Position numbers and translations under genes: made by a program
Notes under the pieces: model-generated
Told to the model about the DNA's origin: nothing
What the model saw: only the letters and a program-made list of their open reading frames with translations
Databases searched by the model: none
Assembly: GCA_964598205.1 (NCBI GenBank)
Contig: CAZRBB010000004.1
Span: forward strand, 2,324-66,323
Length of the DNA stretch: 64,000 nucleotides
Reading direction: 5' to 3'
Source of the DNA: an uncultured Candidatus Saccharibacteria bacterium
GTDB lineage: Bacteria; Patescibacteriota; Minisyncoccia; CAIUEV01; JAHKAQ01
Shown: piece after piece, positions 41,284 to 50,761 of the stretch
Position numbering within the stretch: the stretch's first letter is position 1
Layout: each line of letters starts with the position of its first letter

Positions 41284-41994
41284 ATGATAGAAGAAGATTC
41301 AATTTATAATTCGGTTAAGAAAAATTACAATCAAGGCGCTTGGGAGTTTTCGCGTTCTCGCACTTTCTTTTTTAGGGACTTAGAATTTATTAAAAATTAT
41401 CCTAAAAAAGAAGATAAAATTTTAGATTTTGGTTGTGGCAATGGGCGATTAATTGATTTTTTAAAAACTGACCCCAGTAATTATTGGGGAGTCGATGTTT
41501 CGGTGGAAATGCTTTGGGTAGCCAGAAAAATAAATCCCAATCATCGGTTCTTTTTAATCAAGAAGAAATTAGAAGAAACTCTTTCCAAGAATACTGAGTT
41601 TGATTTTATTTTTTCCGTTGGTGTTTTTCATCATCTACCTCCGGGAGAAAAAAGAAAAAAGATTGTTCAAGAAATATTCTCTTTTTTAAAACCAGGCGGT
41701 CGACTTTTTGTTTCCGTTTGGGATCTTGGTGGCGAGCGTTATGCTAAATTCCTAGAAGATAAGAAAGAGGCTTTAATTCCTTTTCGTTCTGGATCTGGTA
41801 ATGTCATTTTTGAGCGCTATTGCTATTCTTTTTCCCTAAAGGAATTGATTGGTATTCTAGAGGAGGCGGGATTTGTATTAGTTGAAAGCGGAAAGACCAA
41901 AAGGAACGGTAAACCGGCCAATATTTTTTGCTTAGTAGAAAAACCAATGGAAAAAAATGGTGATAAAAAAGAAACGAAAGAGTTAAAAGAATAG
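41284..41994 (+). CDS. Class I SAM methyltransferase, Trm9/ALKBH8-like
   Basis: YN..A..FS..R, LDFGCGNG, VFHH, LKPGG...VW, P(F/W), RY..F...EL. Confidence 0.75.
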   Translation: MIEEDSIYNSVKKNYNQGAWEFSRSRTFFFRDLEFIKNYPKKEDKILDFGCGNGRLIDFLKTDPSNYWGVDVSVEMLWVARKINPNHRFFLIKKKLEETLSKNTEFDFIFSVGVFHHLPPGEKRKKIVQEIFSFLKPGGRLFVSVWDLGGERYAKFLEDKKEALIPFRSGSGNVIFERYCYSFSLKELIGILEEAGFVLVESGKTKRNGKPANIFCLVEKPMEKNGDKKETKELKE

Positions 41995-42058
41995 AAATGT
42001 TTTTAGATGGATTTTATAAAATTTTTATATTTAGCTGGTTAAATAACTGTTGTTAACA

Positions 42059-43831
42059 ATGAGTTCCTTAGCAGAAAAAATAATTAGCTTAGCTTGGGAA
42101 AGAAAAATTTCTTCCGAAGAAGAGTTAAAATATCTTAAAAGAGAAGCAGCCAAGGGTGGCAAGGAGAACATTCCTAATAATCGGGAATTGGGTCGTGCCT
42201 ATTCTAAGCTTTTGGCGGAGGGGACTATTTCCCCTGATCCAATACTAGTAGATCTTTTGGTGCTAAAAAGAACTCGCACGCTTTCTGGTGTTTCTGTGGT
42301 AGCGACTTTAACGGCCTCTTATCCCTGTCGTAATCAATGCCTGTATTGTCCAGAAGAAAACAAAATGCCTAAAAGCTATCTTTCTAATGAGCCGGCAGTA
42401 ATGCGAGCAATCAAGCTTGATTTTGATCCTTATCTTCAGGTTCAAAAAAGAATAGGAGCCTTAGAATTAAATGGCCACGATGCTTCTAAGGTGGAGCTGA
42501 TTATTATGGGGGGGACTTTTTCTCATTTGCCAGTGCTTTACCAATATTGGTTTGTTTTGAACTGTTTTTTGGCGGCTAATGCTTTTAGCGGTTCAAAGAA
42601 AAATTCAAAGGTTAGAGCACTTAATTTAGAGGCAAAAAATATTTTGAAAAAATATTTTTTAAGGGCTAAAGAGGAAATGTTTGTTGCAGGAAGGTCGCTG
42701 ACCAAAAACAAGAAAAAGATTAAGCCGAGTTCTAAAATTGCAGAAAAAGAAAAAGACTGTTTTTTAAAAGATGATGGAAAGATTTTGGCAAAAATTAAAA
42801 TGGCTCTTTTGGCGGCTCAAAAAGAAAATCAAATCGCTAAGCACCGAATAGTGGGGCTTACCTTAGAAACCAGACCAGATTCCATAAATTTAAAAGAGCT
42901 AGTTAGATTCAGAAAGCTGGGCTGTACTCGCGTGGAAATAGGAGTGCAGTCGGTATTTACCAGGGTTCTTAAAAAAAATGAACGGGGACATGGTCGGCAA
43001 GAAATTATTAAAGCAACACAGCTTTTAAAAGAATTGGGTTTTAAAATAAACTATCACTTAATGCCTGGTCTTTGGGGATCTTCTTTTAAGTTGGATCAAA
43101 AACTTTTTGGCGAGGTGTTTAGCAATCAAGTTTTTCGGCCGGATATGTTAAAAATTTATCCTTGTGTGGTAGTAGCTGGATCGCCCTTGTTTTCTATTTG
43201 GCAACAAGGTCTTTACCATCCTTATTCTAACGATGAATTATTTCGGCTTTTGGCTTTTGTTAAAAAGAGGATTCCACGCTATGTGCGGATTGCCAGGGTG
43301 ATTAGAGACATTCCTACTGATTCAATTGTGGCTGGTCCCAACATTCCCAATTTAAGGGAAATGCTTAAAAAAAGAGGAGTGGTTTGCCAATGTATTCGTT
43401 GCCGAGAAGCGGGAAGAATTGTTTGGGAAAAATCGGCTCCTGTAAAATTAAAAAGAACTAATTACAAAGCTTCTGGTGGGCAAGAAATATTTTTAGAATT
43501 TTTAACCAAAGAAGCTCTACATGCTTTTTTACGATTAAGAATTCCTGCTTTTATTCTTAAAAAGAAACCAACACCACTCAAAGAGTTAAAAGGAGCGGCA
43601 ATGATTAGAGAAGTTCATTCTTATGGTCAGGTGGCGCCGATTGGAGAAAAAATAAAAGGCACTTCTCAACACCAAGGATTCGGCAAACGGTTAATTAAGG
43701 AAGCCGAAAAAATTGTTAAGGAAGAATACAAATTAAAAAAAATCGCGGTGATTGCCGCGGAAGGAACTAAAGAATATTATTTTTCTTTGGGATTTAAGGA
43801 AGAGGGACTTTATCTAATGAAGGAAATCTAA
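42059..43831 (+). CDS. elp3: tRNA uridine(34) acetyltransferase Elp3 (radical SAM plus GNAT)
   Basis: RTLSGV, CRNQCLYCP, MGGTF, ETRPD, EIGVQS, CIRCRE, REVHSYG, QHQGFG. Confidence 0.93.
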   Translation: MSSLAEKIISLAWERKISSEEELKYLKREAAKGGKENIPNNRELGRAYSKLLAEGTISPDPILVDLLVLKRTRTLSGVSVVATLTASYPCRNQCLYCPEENKMPKSYLSNEPAVMRAIKLDFDPYLQVQKRIGALELNGHDASKVELIIMGGTFSHLPVLYQYWFVLNCFLAANAFSGSKKNSKVRALNLEAKNILKKYFLRAKEEMFVAGRSLTKNKKKIKPSSKIAEKEKDCFLKDDGKILAKIKMALLAAQKENQIAKHRIVGLTLETRPDSINLKELVRFRKLGCTRVEIGVQSVFTRVLKKNERGHGRQEIIKATQLLKELGFKINYHLMPGLWGSSFKLDQKLFGEVFSNQVFRPDMLKIYPCVVVAGSPLFSIWQQGLYHPYSNDELFRLLAFVKKRIPRYVRIARVIRDIPTDSIVAGPNIPNLREMLKKRGVVCQCIRCREAGRIVWEKSAPVKLKRTNYKASGGQEIFLEFLTKEALHAFLRLRIPAFILKKKPTPLKELKGAAMIREVHSYGQVAPIGEKIKGTSQHQGFGKRLIKEAEKIVKEEYKLKKIAVIAAEGTKEYYFSLGFKEEGLYLMKEI

Positions 43832-43853
43832 TGAATTTTAAATTTTAATTAAT

Positions 43854-44074
43854 AGCTTTTCTGAAATATCGTTCTTCTCGGAGTACGCTCGGCCTCGACC
43901 GGGTCTCGCTCCACCTTGTTCCTGTTTTATTTCACCTAAAAAGCCTAAAGCTTTATAGAAACCAGAAGAGTATTTATTCAGTAGACTAAGAGCCTTGTCT
44001 ACTGAATAAATACTCTTCTGGTTTCTATGGCGGGAACAAGGAGCCTCCTTGAAGAACATTATTTCAGAAAAGCT
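43854..44074. repeat. Repeat family A copy 9 with family D hairpin 43955-44028
   Basis: Outer stem agcttttctgaaat/atttcagaaaagct; insert with aagagccttg loop. Confidence 0.9.
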
Positions 44075-44116
44075 TATTTTGAAATTCAAAATTCGTTATT
44101 CAAAATTAGATAGGGG

Positions 44117-45232
44117 TTATTTCTTACTTTGATTTTTGATTTCGGCGATAATTTTGATCTCTGCCTCTAAGAGGCGATCTGGAGTTTCGAATAAAACAAC
44201 GCCCTCCCAATCAACTCCCTTAAATTCTTTTAAGAAAAAATCAGCGAGAGCACCTTGGAACAAGCCTCTGGTCGGAGCATTGGGACTTTCCCAAAGAAGC
44301 ATTAAATTTTCTTCTTTGGAGCAGTTGTTTTTTATTTTATTAAAAACTGCGCGAATTTCTTCGGTTTTAAAATTGGTTTCTTCTAGATCTTTTCGGTGAG
44401 CAATTGTCCAAGAAAAATTGGCTTCGTTTAGGCGACGAAGACGGGCCATTAAGCGACCCCAAAAACGGATGATCGATAAATTTTGTGTTTTATAAAGACG
44501 GCGGACTATTTCCTGATGATCGGCTCCGCTATCTATTAACTTGGCAGCGGCAGTGAGGGAATTAGGAGTAGTGCGAGGAGACTGGAAGCTTTCGGTGGCT
44601 TCTAAGATTCCGGCGTAGAAACAGCCAGCTGCTACCGGTGGGATAGTGATTTGGTTTTTAAAGAAAAAACGGGTCACCAGTTCCGAAATACCTGAACATT
44701 TGGGGTCTACTAAATTTATTTGTCCATATTGTTCGTTTTCAATATTGCAGTCTAAATTAACCACCGGAACTTCAAAAAACAAATCGGCGTTTTGGGAGAA
44801 GCATTCGCCAACGGCTTCTAAATCAGTGGCTCCTAAAATAATTACCAAGTCGTATTTGAATTGGCCAAGAGAAAAGAAAAAATCTTTGGGATTGATTGCT
44901 CCTTTTTGGGGAGTGATAAAAATATTTAATCGATCTGATTCTTTTTCGTAATGAACATTGCTGATTTTATTTTCAGAGGTGTTAAATGACAAAACAAATT
45001 GACGAATATTTTCTAATTGGTGTTTTATTTTTTCGGTGTTGGGAAAAAAACGAAAGCGTTGAGGTAGTCGTCCGGGGAAGGCGAGGGTGGCTTTTTTATT
45101 TTGATCTAAAATAAAGTTATAAATTCCTAATCCACAGAGAATTACTTCGGACGGAGAATTTTCGGGAACAATAATTACCGGGTGCTTCGCTTTGGCGATT
45201 TGATTTTTCAAGGATTCTTCTTTATTTTCCAT
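44117..45232 (-). CDS. Degenerate DHH-family protein
   Basis: YGQINLVD, GILEATESF, LIDSGAD; DxD and DHH motifs replaced. Confidence 0.7.
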   Translation of the reverse strand: MENKEESLKNQIAKAKHPVIIVPENSPSEVILCGLGIYNFILDQNKKATLAFPGRLPQRFRFFPNTEKIKHQLENIRQFVLSFNTSENKISNVHYEKESDRLNIFITPQKGAINPKDFFFSLGQFKYDLVIILGATDLEAVGECFSQNADLFFEVPVVNLDCNIENEQYGQINLVDPKCSGISELVTRFFFKNQITIPPVAAGCFYAGILEATESFQSPRTTPNSLTAAAKLIDSGADHQEIVRRLYKTQNLSIIRFWGRLMARLRRLNEANFSWTIAHRKDLEETNFKTEEIRAVFNKIKNNCSKEENLMLLWESPNAPTRGLFQGALADFFLKEFKGVDWEGVVLFETPDRLLEAEIKIIAEIKNQSKK

Positions 45233-45309
45233 TTTTGTTAACCTTTGGGTGATTCAATGTTCGCCAAAAAATATTATGCTAGAATAGCAAAAAGAAATGA
45301 TAAGTCAAA

Positions 45310-45795
45310 ATGGCTAAAATAAAGGAAAAATCAAAAAGAGGGAAACAAGAAACGGTTTCTCTTTTAAAAATCTTTACCGCCAAGGAGCCGGCTGATTTTT
45401 GTTTGCCGGCGGTTTTTTTGGCCAAGGCCTCTGGGGGCCGAGGATTAATCGCTCTTTACGGCGATCTGGGTAGCGGGAAAACGACCTTGGTGCGTTTTTT
45501 GGGGAAGGAATTAAAAGTGAAAGGTTTGCCAAATAGCCCCACCTTTAATATTTTAAAAACCTATTCTTTTCCTAGGGGAAAGACGCTTTACCATTTAGAT
45601 TTTTATCGCCTAAAAACGCCACAAGAAATTCTAGATCTGGGATTTAAGGAATGGTTTTTAGATAAAAATGGTCTTTTGGTGGTAGAATGGCCGGAGATAT
45701 TAGGAGAACACTTGCCGGCGCCACGATTAGAAGTAAGAATTGATTTTAAAAACGAATCACGAGAAATAAAGATTTTTAGGGTTACTAATTGTTAA
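45310..45795 (+). CDS. tsaE: t6A biosynthesis ATPase
   Basis: GDLGSGKTT, SPTF, HLDFYRL, VEW. Confidence 0.95.
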   Translation: MAKIKEKSKRGKQETVSLLKIFTAKEPADFCLPAVFLAKASGGRGLIALYGDLGSGKTTLVRFLGKELKVKGLPNSPTFNILKTYSFPRGKTLYHLDFYRLKTPQEILDLGFKEWFLDKNGLLVVEWPEILGEHLPAPRLEVRIDFKNESREIKIFRVTNC

Positions 45796-45797
45796 TA

Positions 45798-48704
45798 ATG
45801 GCTAAGGAAAAATTAATTCTAATAGACGGGAATGCTTTAGTGCACCGAGCTTTCCACGCATTACCTCCTTCACTAACCGACAGTCAGGGGCGGATGGTAA
45901 ATGGTGTCTATGGTTTTATTTTGGTTTTTTTGCGGGTGATTTCCGAATTTAAACCTGATTTTGTAGTTGCAACTTTTGATCGCAAAGGAAAAACTTTTCG
46001 ACATCGTCGCTACTCTCTTTATAAAGCGCAAAGAAAAAAGGCTCCCGACGAGCTTTATATGCAGATCCCGTTAGTTAAGGAAGTTTTAAAATCTTTTGGA
46101 ATCCCTATTTATTCCCAAAAAGGTCTAGAAGCGGACGATCTGATTGGTGCCATTGCTAAAGATTTTTCCAAGAAAAAAGACAGGGAAGTGGTGATTGTTA
46201 CTGGAGATTCCGACACTTTGCAATTGGTGAATCCAAAAGTCAAAGTCTTTGCCTTAAGGAAGGGAACTAAGGACACGGTTCTTTACGGCGAAGAAGAAGT
46301 TTTCCAAAAAATGGAACTTACTCCCTCCCAAATTGTTGACTTTAAGGCGTTGGCTGGGGATTCTTCCGACAATATTCCTGGAGCTAAAGGGATTGGCCAA
46401 AAAACAGCGGTTGGTCTTTTGCAACGATTTGGTGATCTAGAAAATATTTACGCTAATTTAGGAGAGCTACCAGTCGCTGTGGCAAAAAAATTAACCGATT
46501 CTAGGGCGGATGTTTTTTTAAGCCAAGAACTGGCAGAAATTAAAACGGATTTTAAAACTGGATTTTTGGTATCGACGGCGCGATTTTTAGGGATAGAGCC
46601 AAGGAAGGCGGAGATTTTAAAAATTTTCAAAGAGTTAGCTTTTTTTTCGCTGATCAAAAGATTGGCGCTAGATGATTCTTTTCCGTCACCAGTCCCAACA
46701 GAAACTCTAATAAAGCCGTTGTTTGAGTTTACGGAAGTAACTTCTTTGAGGGAGAAGGATTTCTTTATTCAAGAACTAAAGAAAGCTGTGGCGGCTGTTT
46801 TTTTGATTTTTCCTAGGCCTTGGTTTTTAAAATCAAAAAAAGATGTTTTTGCTTTTGGCGGGGAGTTTGTTTTTTGGGCGCCGCTAGATTCGGCCTTGGT
46901 TTTTAAAATAAAAAAAGAAGATTTTCTTTCTCTTTTTAGGATTCATAAAAACAAATCATTGATTGGGTTTGAGGTGAAACACGATTTTAAAAAATTAAAA
47001 GGCGCAGATTCAGTCCTTTCGCCTTTAAAGGATGATGTAAAAATTCTTGGTTATTTGGTTCTAGCGGGGCGTGGTGGCGTGGACCTAGCTTCTCTTTGTA
47101 AGGAAAAGAAAATTAGTCTTCCTTTTTGGGAGGCTTCGCTGAATGTTCCTAAAAAACGCCAGGAAACTCTTTTTTCTTTGGTCACAAAAGAAGAAGAAAG
47201 TGAGGCGCTAGAAAAAGAAAATCAGTTAATAGCAGAGACGGTATCGGCAATTAGAATGCTCTATCTTTTATTAAAGGAAGAATTAAAAATAATCACCAAG
47301 GAACAAAAAAAGGAAGGAATTTCGCCAATACCTTATTCAAAAATAAAAAAAGGTTTTTGGGGATTGGATTTGGTTTATAAAAATATTGAAATGCCATTGG
47401 TTAGAGTTTTGGCTAAAATGGAGGAGAGGGGCATTGGGATTGACTTGGAGAAAGCTAAACAATTAGTAAAAGATTATTGTCTTCGGTCAGAAAAAATAAA
47501 ACAAAAGGTTTTTGGTTTGTGTCAAGAAGAATTCAATCTGGATTCTCCCCAACAGCTTTCTTTAATTTTTTATAAAAAGCTTAAATTTTCTACGCAAGGA
47601 ATCAAAAAAGGAAAAAGTGGTTTTTACTCTACCTCGGTAGATGCTTTAGAAATTTTAGCGGAGCGCTATCCGGTGGCTAAAATGGTGAAAAGTTACAGAG
47701 AATTAACCAAACTAATCAATACCTATTTAGAACCTTTGCCGGAGTTGGTGAATCAAAAAACGGGACGAGTGTATGCTGGGTTTAATCAAGAGGTAACAAC
47801 CACCGGTCGGCTTTCTTCTAGCAATCCTAATATTCAAAACATTCCAACACGGACTGCTGCTGGAAAAAAAATTAGAGGAATTTTTAGGGCAGAAGAAGGT
47901 TTTTCCCTTTTTTCTTTTGACTATTCACAGATAGAGTTAAGGCTGGCTGCCCATTATTCAGGGGATAAAACAATGCGACGAGTTTTTTTAGAAAACGGCG
48001 ACATTCACAAAACAACAGCGGCCGAGGTTGGAGGAATTACAGAAGAAAAAGTAACTTCCAAAATGCGGAGCGCTGCCAAAGAATTGAATTTTGGATTAAT
48101 TTACGGGATGGGTAGTTATGGATTTTCTCGGGCGGCGGGGATTTCTCGTTCCGCGGGAAAAGAATTTATTGAACGATATTGGCAAAAATTTCCAGCGGTT
48201 GCTTCTTATTTAGAAGAAGCAAAAAAAGTGGCTCAGAAAAATGGTTTCGTGGAAACTTTGTTTGGGCGTCGTCGGAGTATTCCAGAAACACGCTCCCCAA
48301 ATTGGCAGGTAAGAGCTTCTGCGGAACGAATGGCGGTGAACATGCCATTGCAGGGAACGGCGGCCGATATTTTAAAATTAGCAATGGTGAGGATAGATTG
48401 TTTTTTGGGGGAGAAGGGGTTGGAAGATGAATTTAAAATGTTAGCTTCAGTACACGATGAAATCCTTTTTGAAGTTAAAAAAGGCACCAAAGAAAAAATT
48501 ATTCTAGAGGTTAAAAGAATAATGGAACAAGTGGTGGAGCTGGCCGTTCCGCTAAAGGTAGATGTAAAAAGTGGAGAAAATTGGGAAGAAATGGAGTCTT
48601 GTGTGTGGGCCGGGAGGGATTTGAACCCCCGTAGGCGTAAGCCGGCAGATTTACAGTCTGGCGCGTTTGACCACTCCGCAACCGACCCAACTTTTGGATT
48701 ATAA
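45798..48704 (+). CDS. polA: DNA polymerase I
   Basis: 5'-3' exonuclease (DGN, EADD, GDSD), TGRLSS.NPN.QNIP, DYSQIELR, VHDE. Confidence 0.97.
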   Translation: MAKEKLILIDGNALVHRAFHALPPSLTDSQGRMVNGVYGFILVFLRVISEFKPDFVVATFDRKGKTFRHRRYSLYKAQRKKAPDELYMQIPLVKEVLKSFGIPIYSQKGLEADDLIGAIAKDFSKKKDREVVIVTGDSDTLQLVNPKVKVFALRKGTKDTVLYGEEEVFQKMELTPSQIVDFKALAGDSSDNIPGAKGIGQKTAVGLLQRFGDLENIYANLGELPVAVAKKLTDSRADVFLSQELAEIKTDFKTGFLVSTARFLGIEPRKAEILKIFKELAFFSLIKRLALDDSFPSPVPTETLIKPLFEFTEVTSLREKDFFIQELKKAVAAVFLIFPRPWFLKSKKDVFAFGGEFVFWAPLDSALVFKIKKEDFLSLFRIHKNKSLIGFEVKHDFKKLKGADSVLSPLKDDVKILGYLVLAGRGGVDLASLCKEKKISLPFWEASLNVPKKRQETLFSLVTKEEESEALEKENQLIAETVSAIRMLYLLLKEELKIITKEQKKEGISPIPYSKIKKGFWGLDLVYKNIEMPLVRVLAKMEERGIGIDLEKAKQLVKDYCLRSEKIKQKVFGLCQEEFNLDSPQQLSLIFYKKLKFSTQGIKKGKSGFYSTSVDALEILAERYPVAKMVKSYRELTKLINTYLEPLPELVNQKTGRVYAGFNQEVTTTGRLSSSNPNIQNIPTRTAAGKKIRGIFRAEEGFSLFSFDYSQIELRLAAHYSGDKTMRRVFLENGDIHKTTAAEVGGITEEKVTSKMRSAAKELNFGLIYGMGSYGFSRAAGISRSAGKEFIERYWQKFPAVASYLEEAKKVAQKNGFVETLFGRRRSIPETRSPNWQVRASAERMAVNMPLQGTAADILKLAMVRIDCFLGEKGLEDEFKMLASVHDEILFEVKKGTKEKIILEVKRIMEQVVELAVPLKVDVKSGENWEEMESCVWAGRDLNPRRRKPADLQSGAFDHSATDPTFGL
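48606..48688 (-). tRNA. tRNA-Tyr(GTA), CCA not encoded
   Basis: GGGTCGGTTGCGGAGTGGTCAAACGCG...CTGTAAA, long variable arm, GGTTCAAATCC. Confidence 0.93.
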
Positions 48705-48789
48705 AGAAAAGAGAATTAAAATTCAACCTATGGAAAAAGTTTTAGTGTTTGTTATATTTAATTAGATTTAATTATTTTAAAAAAAAACA

Positions 48790-49767
48790 ATGATTGTCCC
48801 TTCTTCCTTAAATATCCTAACTACCCAAAAATGTAATGCCAAGTGTAATTTTTGTGAGTTTTCTTGCAAAAAGGAAGGCCCTTTTATAAAGGAAGATCTA
48901 TTTTATAAAATAATTTCCGAAAGCCAAGAGATCGGTGTTGAAAGAATTATTTTTGACGGAGGAGAGTTTCTTTACCATCCGAAGGCAGAAAACATAATCA
49001 GGTTTATGGGAAAGGTGGGGGCCCATGGTTACCTTCTGACCAACGGACTTTTGTTTTCTCGTTATGCAAAGATTCTTTTAGAAAATAATATTAAAGAAGT
49101 TGTTTTTGGTATAGATAGTTTTAATCCAGCAACAAACGATAGAATAAAAGGAGTAAAAGGGATTACTCTAGCGGCTATTAAGGGAATAGAAGAGGCCAGG
49201 AAGCTTGGGTTCAAAGTTGGATTGCACATTGTTCTTTCGGCGCAAAATGTTGCTGATTTTCCCAAGTATTTAGAATTTGCGGCATCAATACAAGCAACGC
49301 CTTTAATGGTTTCTTCGGTAAATTTAACGGGGAGGGGATTGGAAAATGAAAAAGAATTAGCTTTGAGTTCTTTGCAAAAAAGATTTGTTAGGGGTGCTTA
49401 TCGTCATTATTTTCATTATTTTCGGGGAGCTTCCGGTTTTTTTGCTTACAGAAACGATTCACCGCCCCAAGAAACAATGGAACAATATCGGAAATCGGTG
49501 CGAGGGTGTAAATATTTTTCTGGAAATACTCTAGCAGTTGATTGGAACGGATCCGTTCCCTTTTGTGCCATGGAACCAAGCCTGGAGAGCGACAGTAAGT
49601 TCCCCAAATTTTCTATAGAGGAACATGGATTAAAAGGAGCGATTATTCAAAGAGAAAATCTAAAAAAGAAAATGGAACAAAAAATAGAAAAGAAAAAGAA
49701 CGAACGGCTTTTAAATGGAGAGCATAATTGTTATGCTTGCTACGGTTATTTTAAAGAAGGTGTTTAA
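48790..49767 (+). CDS. Radical SAM protein with C-terminal Cys (SPASM/twitch-like)
   Basis: CNAKCNFC, GGE, TNG, GC..G...W.G.V.FC, CYAC. Confidence 0.88.
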   Translation: MIVPSSLNILTTQKCNAKCNFCEFSCKKEGPFIKEDLFYKIISESQEIGVERIIFDGGEFLYHPKAENIIRFMGKVGAHGYLLTNGLLFSRYAKILLENNIKEVVFGIDSFNPATNDRIKGVKGITLAAIKGIEEARKLGFKVGLHIVLSAQNVADFPKYLEFAASIQATPLMVSSVNLTGRGLENEKELALSSLQKRFVRGAYRHYFHYFRGASGFFAYRNDSPPQETMEQYRKSVRGCKYFSGNTLAVDWNGSVPFCAMEPSLESDSKFPKFSIEEHGLKGAIIQRENLKKKMEQKIEKKKNERLLNGEHNCYACYGYFKEGV

Positions 49768-49778
49768 AAAAGAGATTA

Positions 49779-50759
49779 ATGAAAATCAATTCTTTTTCTG
49801 TTATTTTAACTTATCGTTGCAATTTAAATTGTAGTTATTGTTTGAGAGAGCCGAATAGTCTTTTGGGTGATATTCCTTTTTCTTTTTTAAAATCTTTGAT
49901 TCTTTCTTTTAAAAAGAAAGGTCTCCTAAGTGTTTCTTTAACTGGAGGAGAGGCAACGGTCTATCCTTATTTTTGGGAGCTGATGGATTTTTTAGAAGAT
50001 CAAGGATTGAGGGTTTTTATTGAGTCTAATGGGGTTAACCTGAATCTAAAATTTTTAAAAAGACTGATCAGAAAAATTCCTAAAGAAAAGCTAAGCTTTC
50101 TGATTAGCTTAGATAGTTACAAGGCCAGTGTTCATGATGCTTGTAGAGGGTCGGGGTCTTTTGCTAAAGCGGTGATGGCAATAAAAAACATAAGATCCTT
50201 GGGGATTCCAGCAGCTACCAATATGGTAATTAGCGGTAGCAATCCTCCTAGCTTGATGGATTTTTTTAATTATTTTGATTTTTTAGTTGATCTTGGGGTT
50301 TCTACGAGTCATCTCTCTTTGGTGGTTGACATGGGGAGAGGCAAGAAGGAGTTTAGGAAAATAAATCCTCAAAAGATAGTTCAGATTGGAAAATCGGTTG
50401 TTAGGTTTAGAAACAGATATAAAGATAAAATAAAGATAGAAACCGGCGGTCTAACTTCTTTTATTCCCCAAAAATTAAAAGCAGGAAATGATTACGGATC
50501 TATTATTGAATGCGGAAGGATGAATAATCCCTGTTTTTCTTTTAAAGGGATCCATCCTTGTTTATACCTGGATGACTTTTTTATTTTGGACAATAAAAAT
50601 AATAATTTTGATTTTTTGCGTCAATTTAGGTTTTTAAGGAATTTTCTAATGATTAAAAAAGGCATTAAGAATGCTGCTTGTACTACCTGCGTTGAGTTGT
50701 TTTGTGAATTCAAAAAATCACCCAAGAAGTTTATTGATTTTGAGGTAGACACCGAATAA
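49779..50759 (+). CDS. Radical SAM protein with C-terminal Cys (SPASM/twitch-like)
   Basis: CNLNCSYC, TGGE, ISLD...HD..RG.GSF, CG...PC...PC, CTTC. Confidence 0.88.
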   Translation: MKINSFSVILTYRCNLNCSYCLREPNSLLGDIPFSFLKSLILSFKKKGLLSVSLTGGEATVYPYFWELMDFLEDQGLRVFIESNGVNLNLKFLKRLIRKIPKEKLSFLISLDSYKASVHDACRGSGSFAKAVMAIKNIRSLGIPAATNMVISGSNPPSLMDFFNYFDFLVDLGVSTSHLSLVVDMGRGKKEFRKINPQKIVQIGKSVVRFRNRYKDKIKIETGGLTSFIPQKLKAGNDYGSIIECGRMNNPCFSFKGIHPCLYLDDFFILDNKNNNFDFLRQFRFLRNFLMIKKGIKNAACTTCVELFCEFKKSPKKFIDFEVDTE

Positions 50760-50761
50760 AT

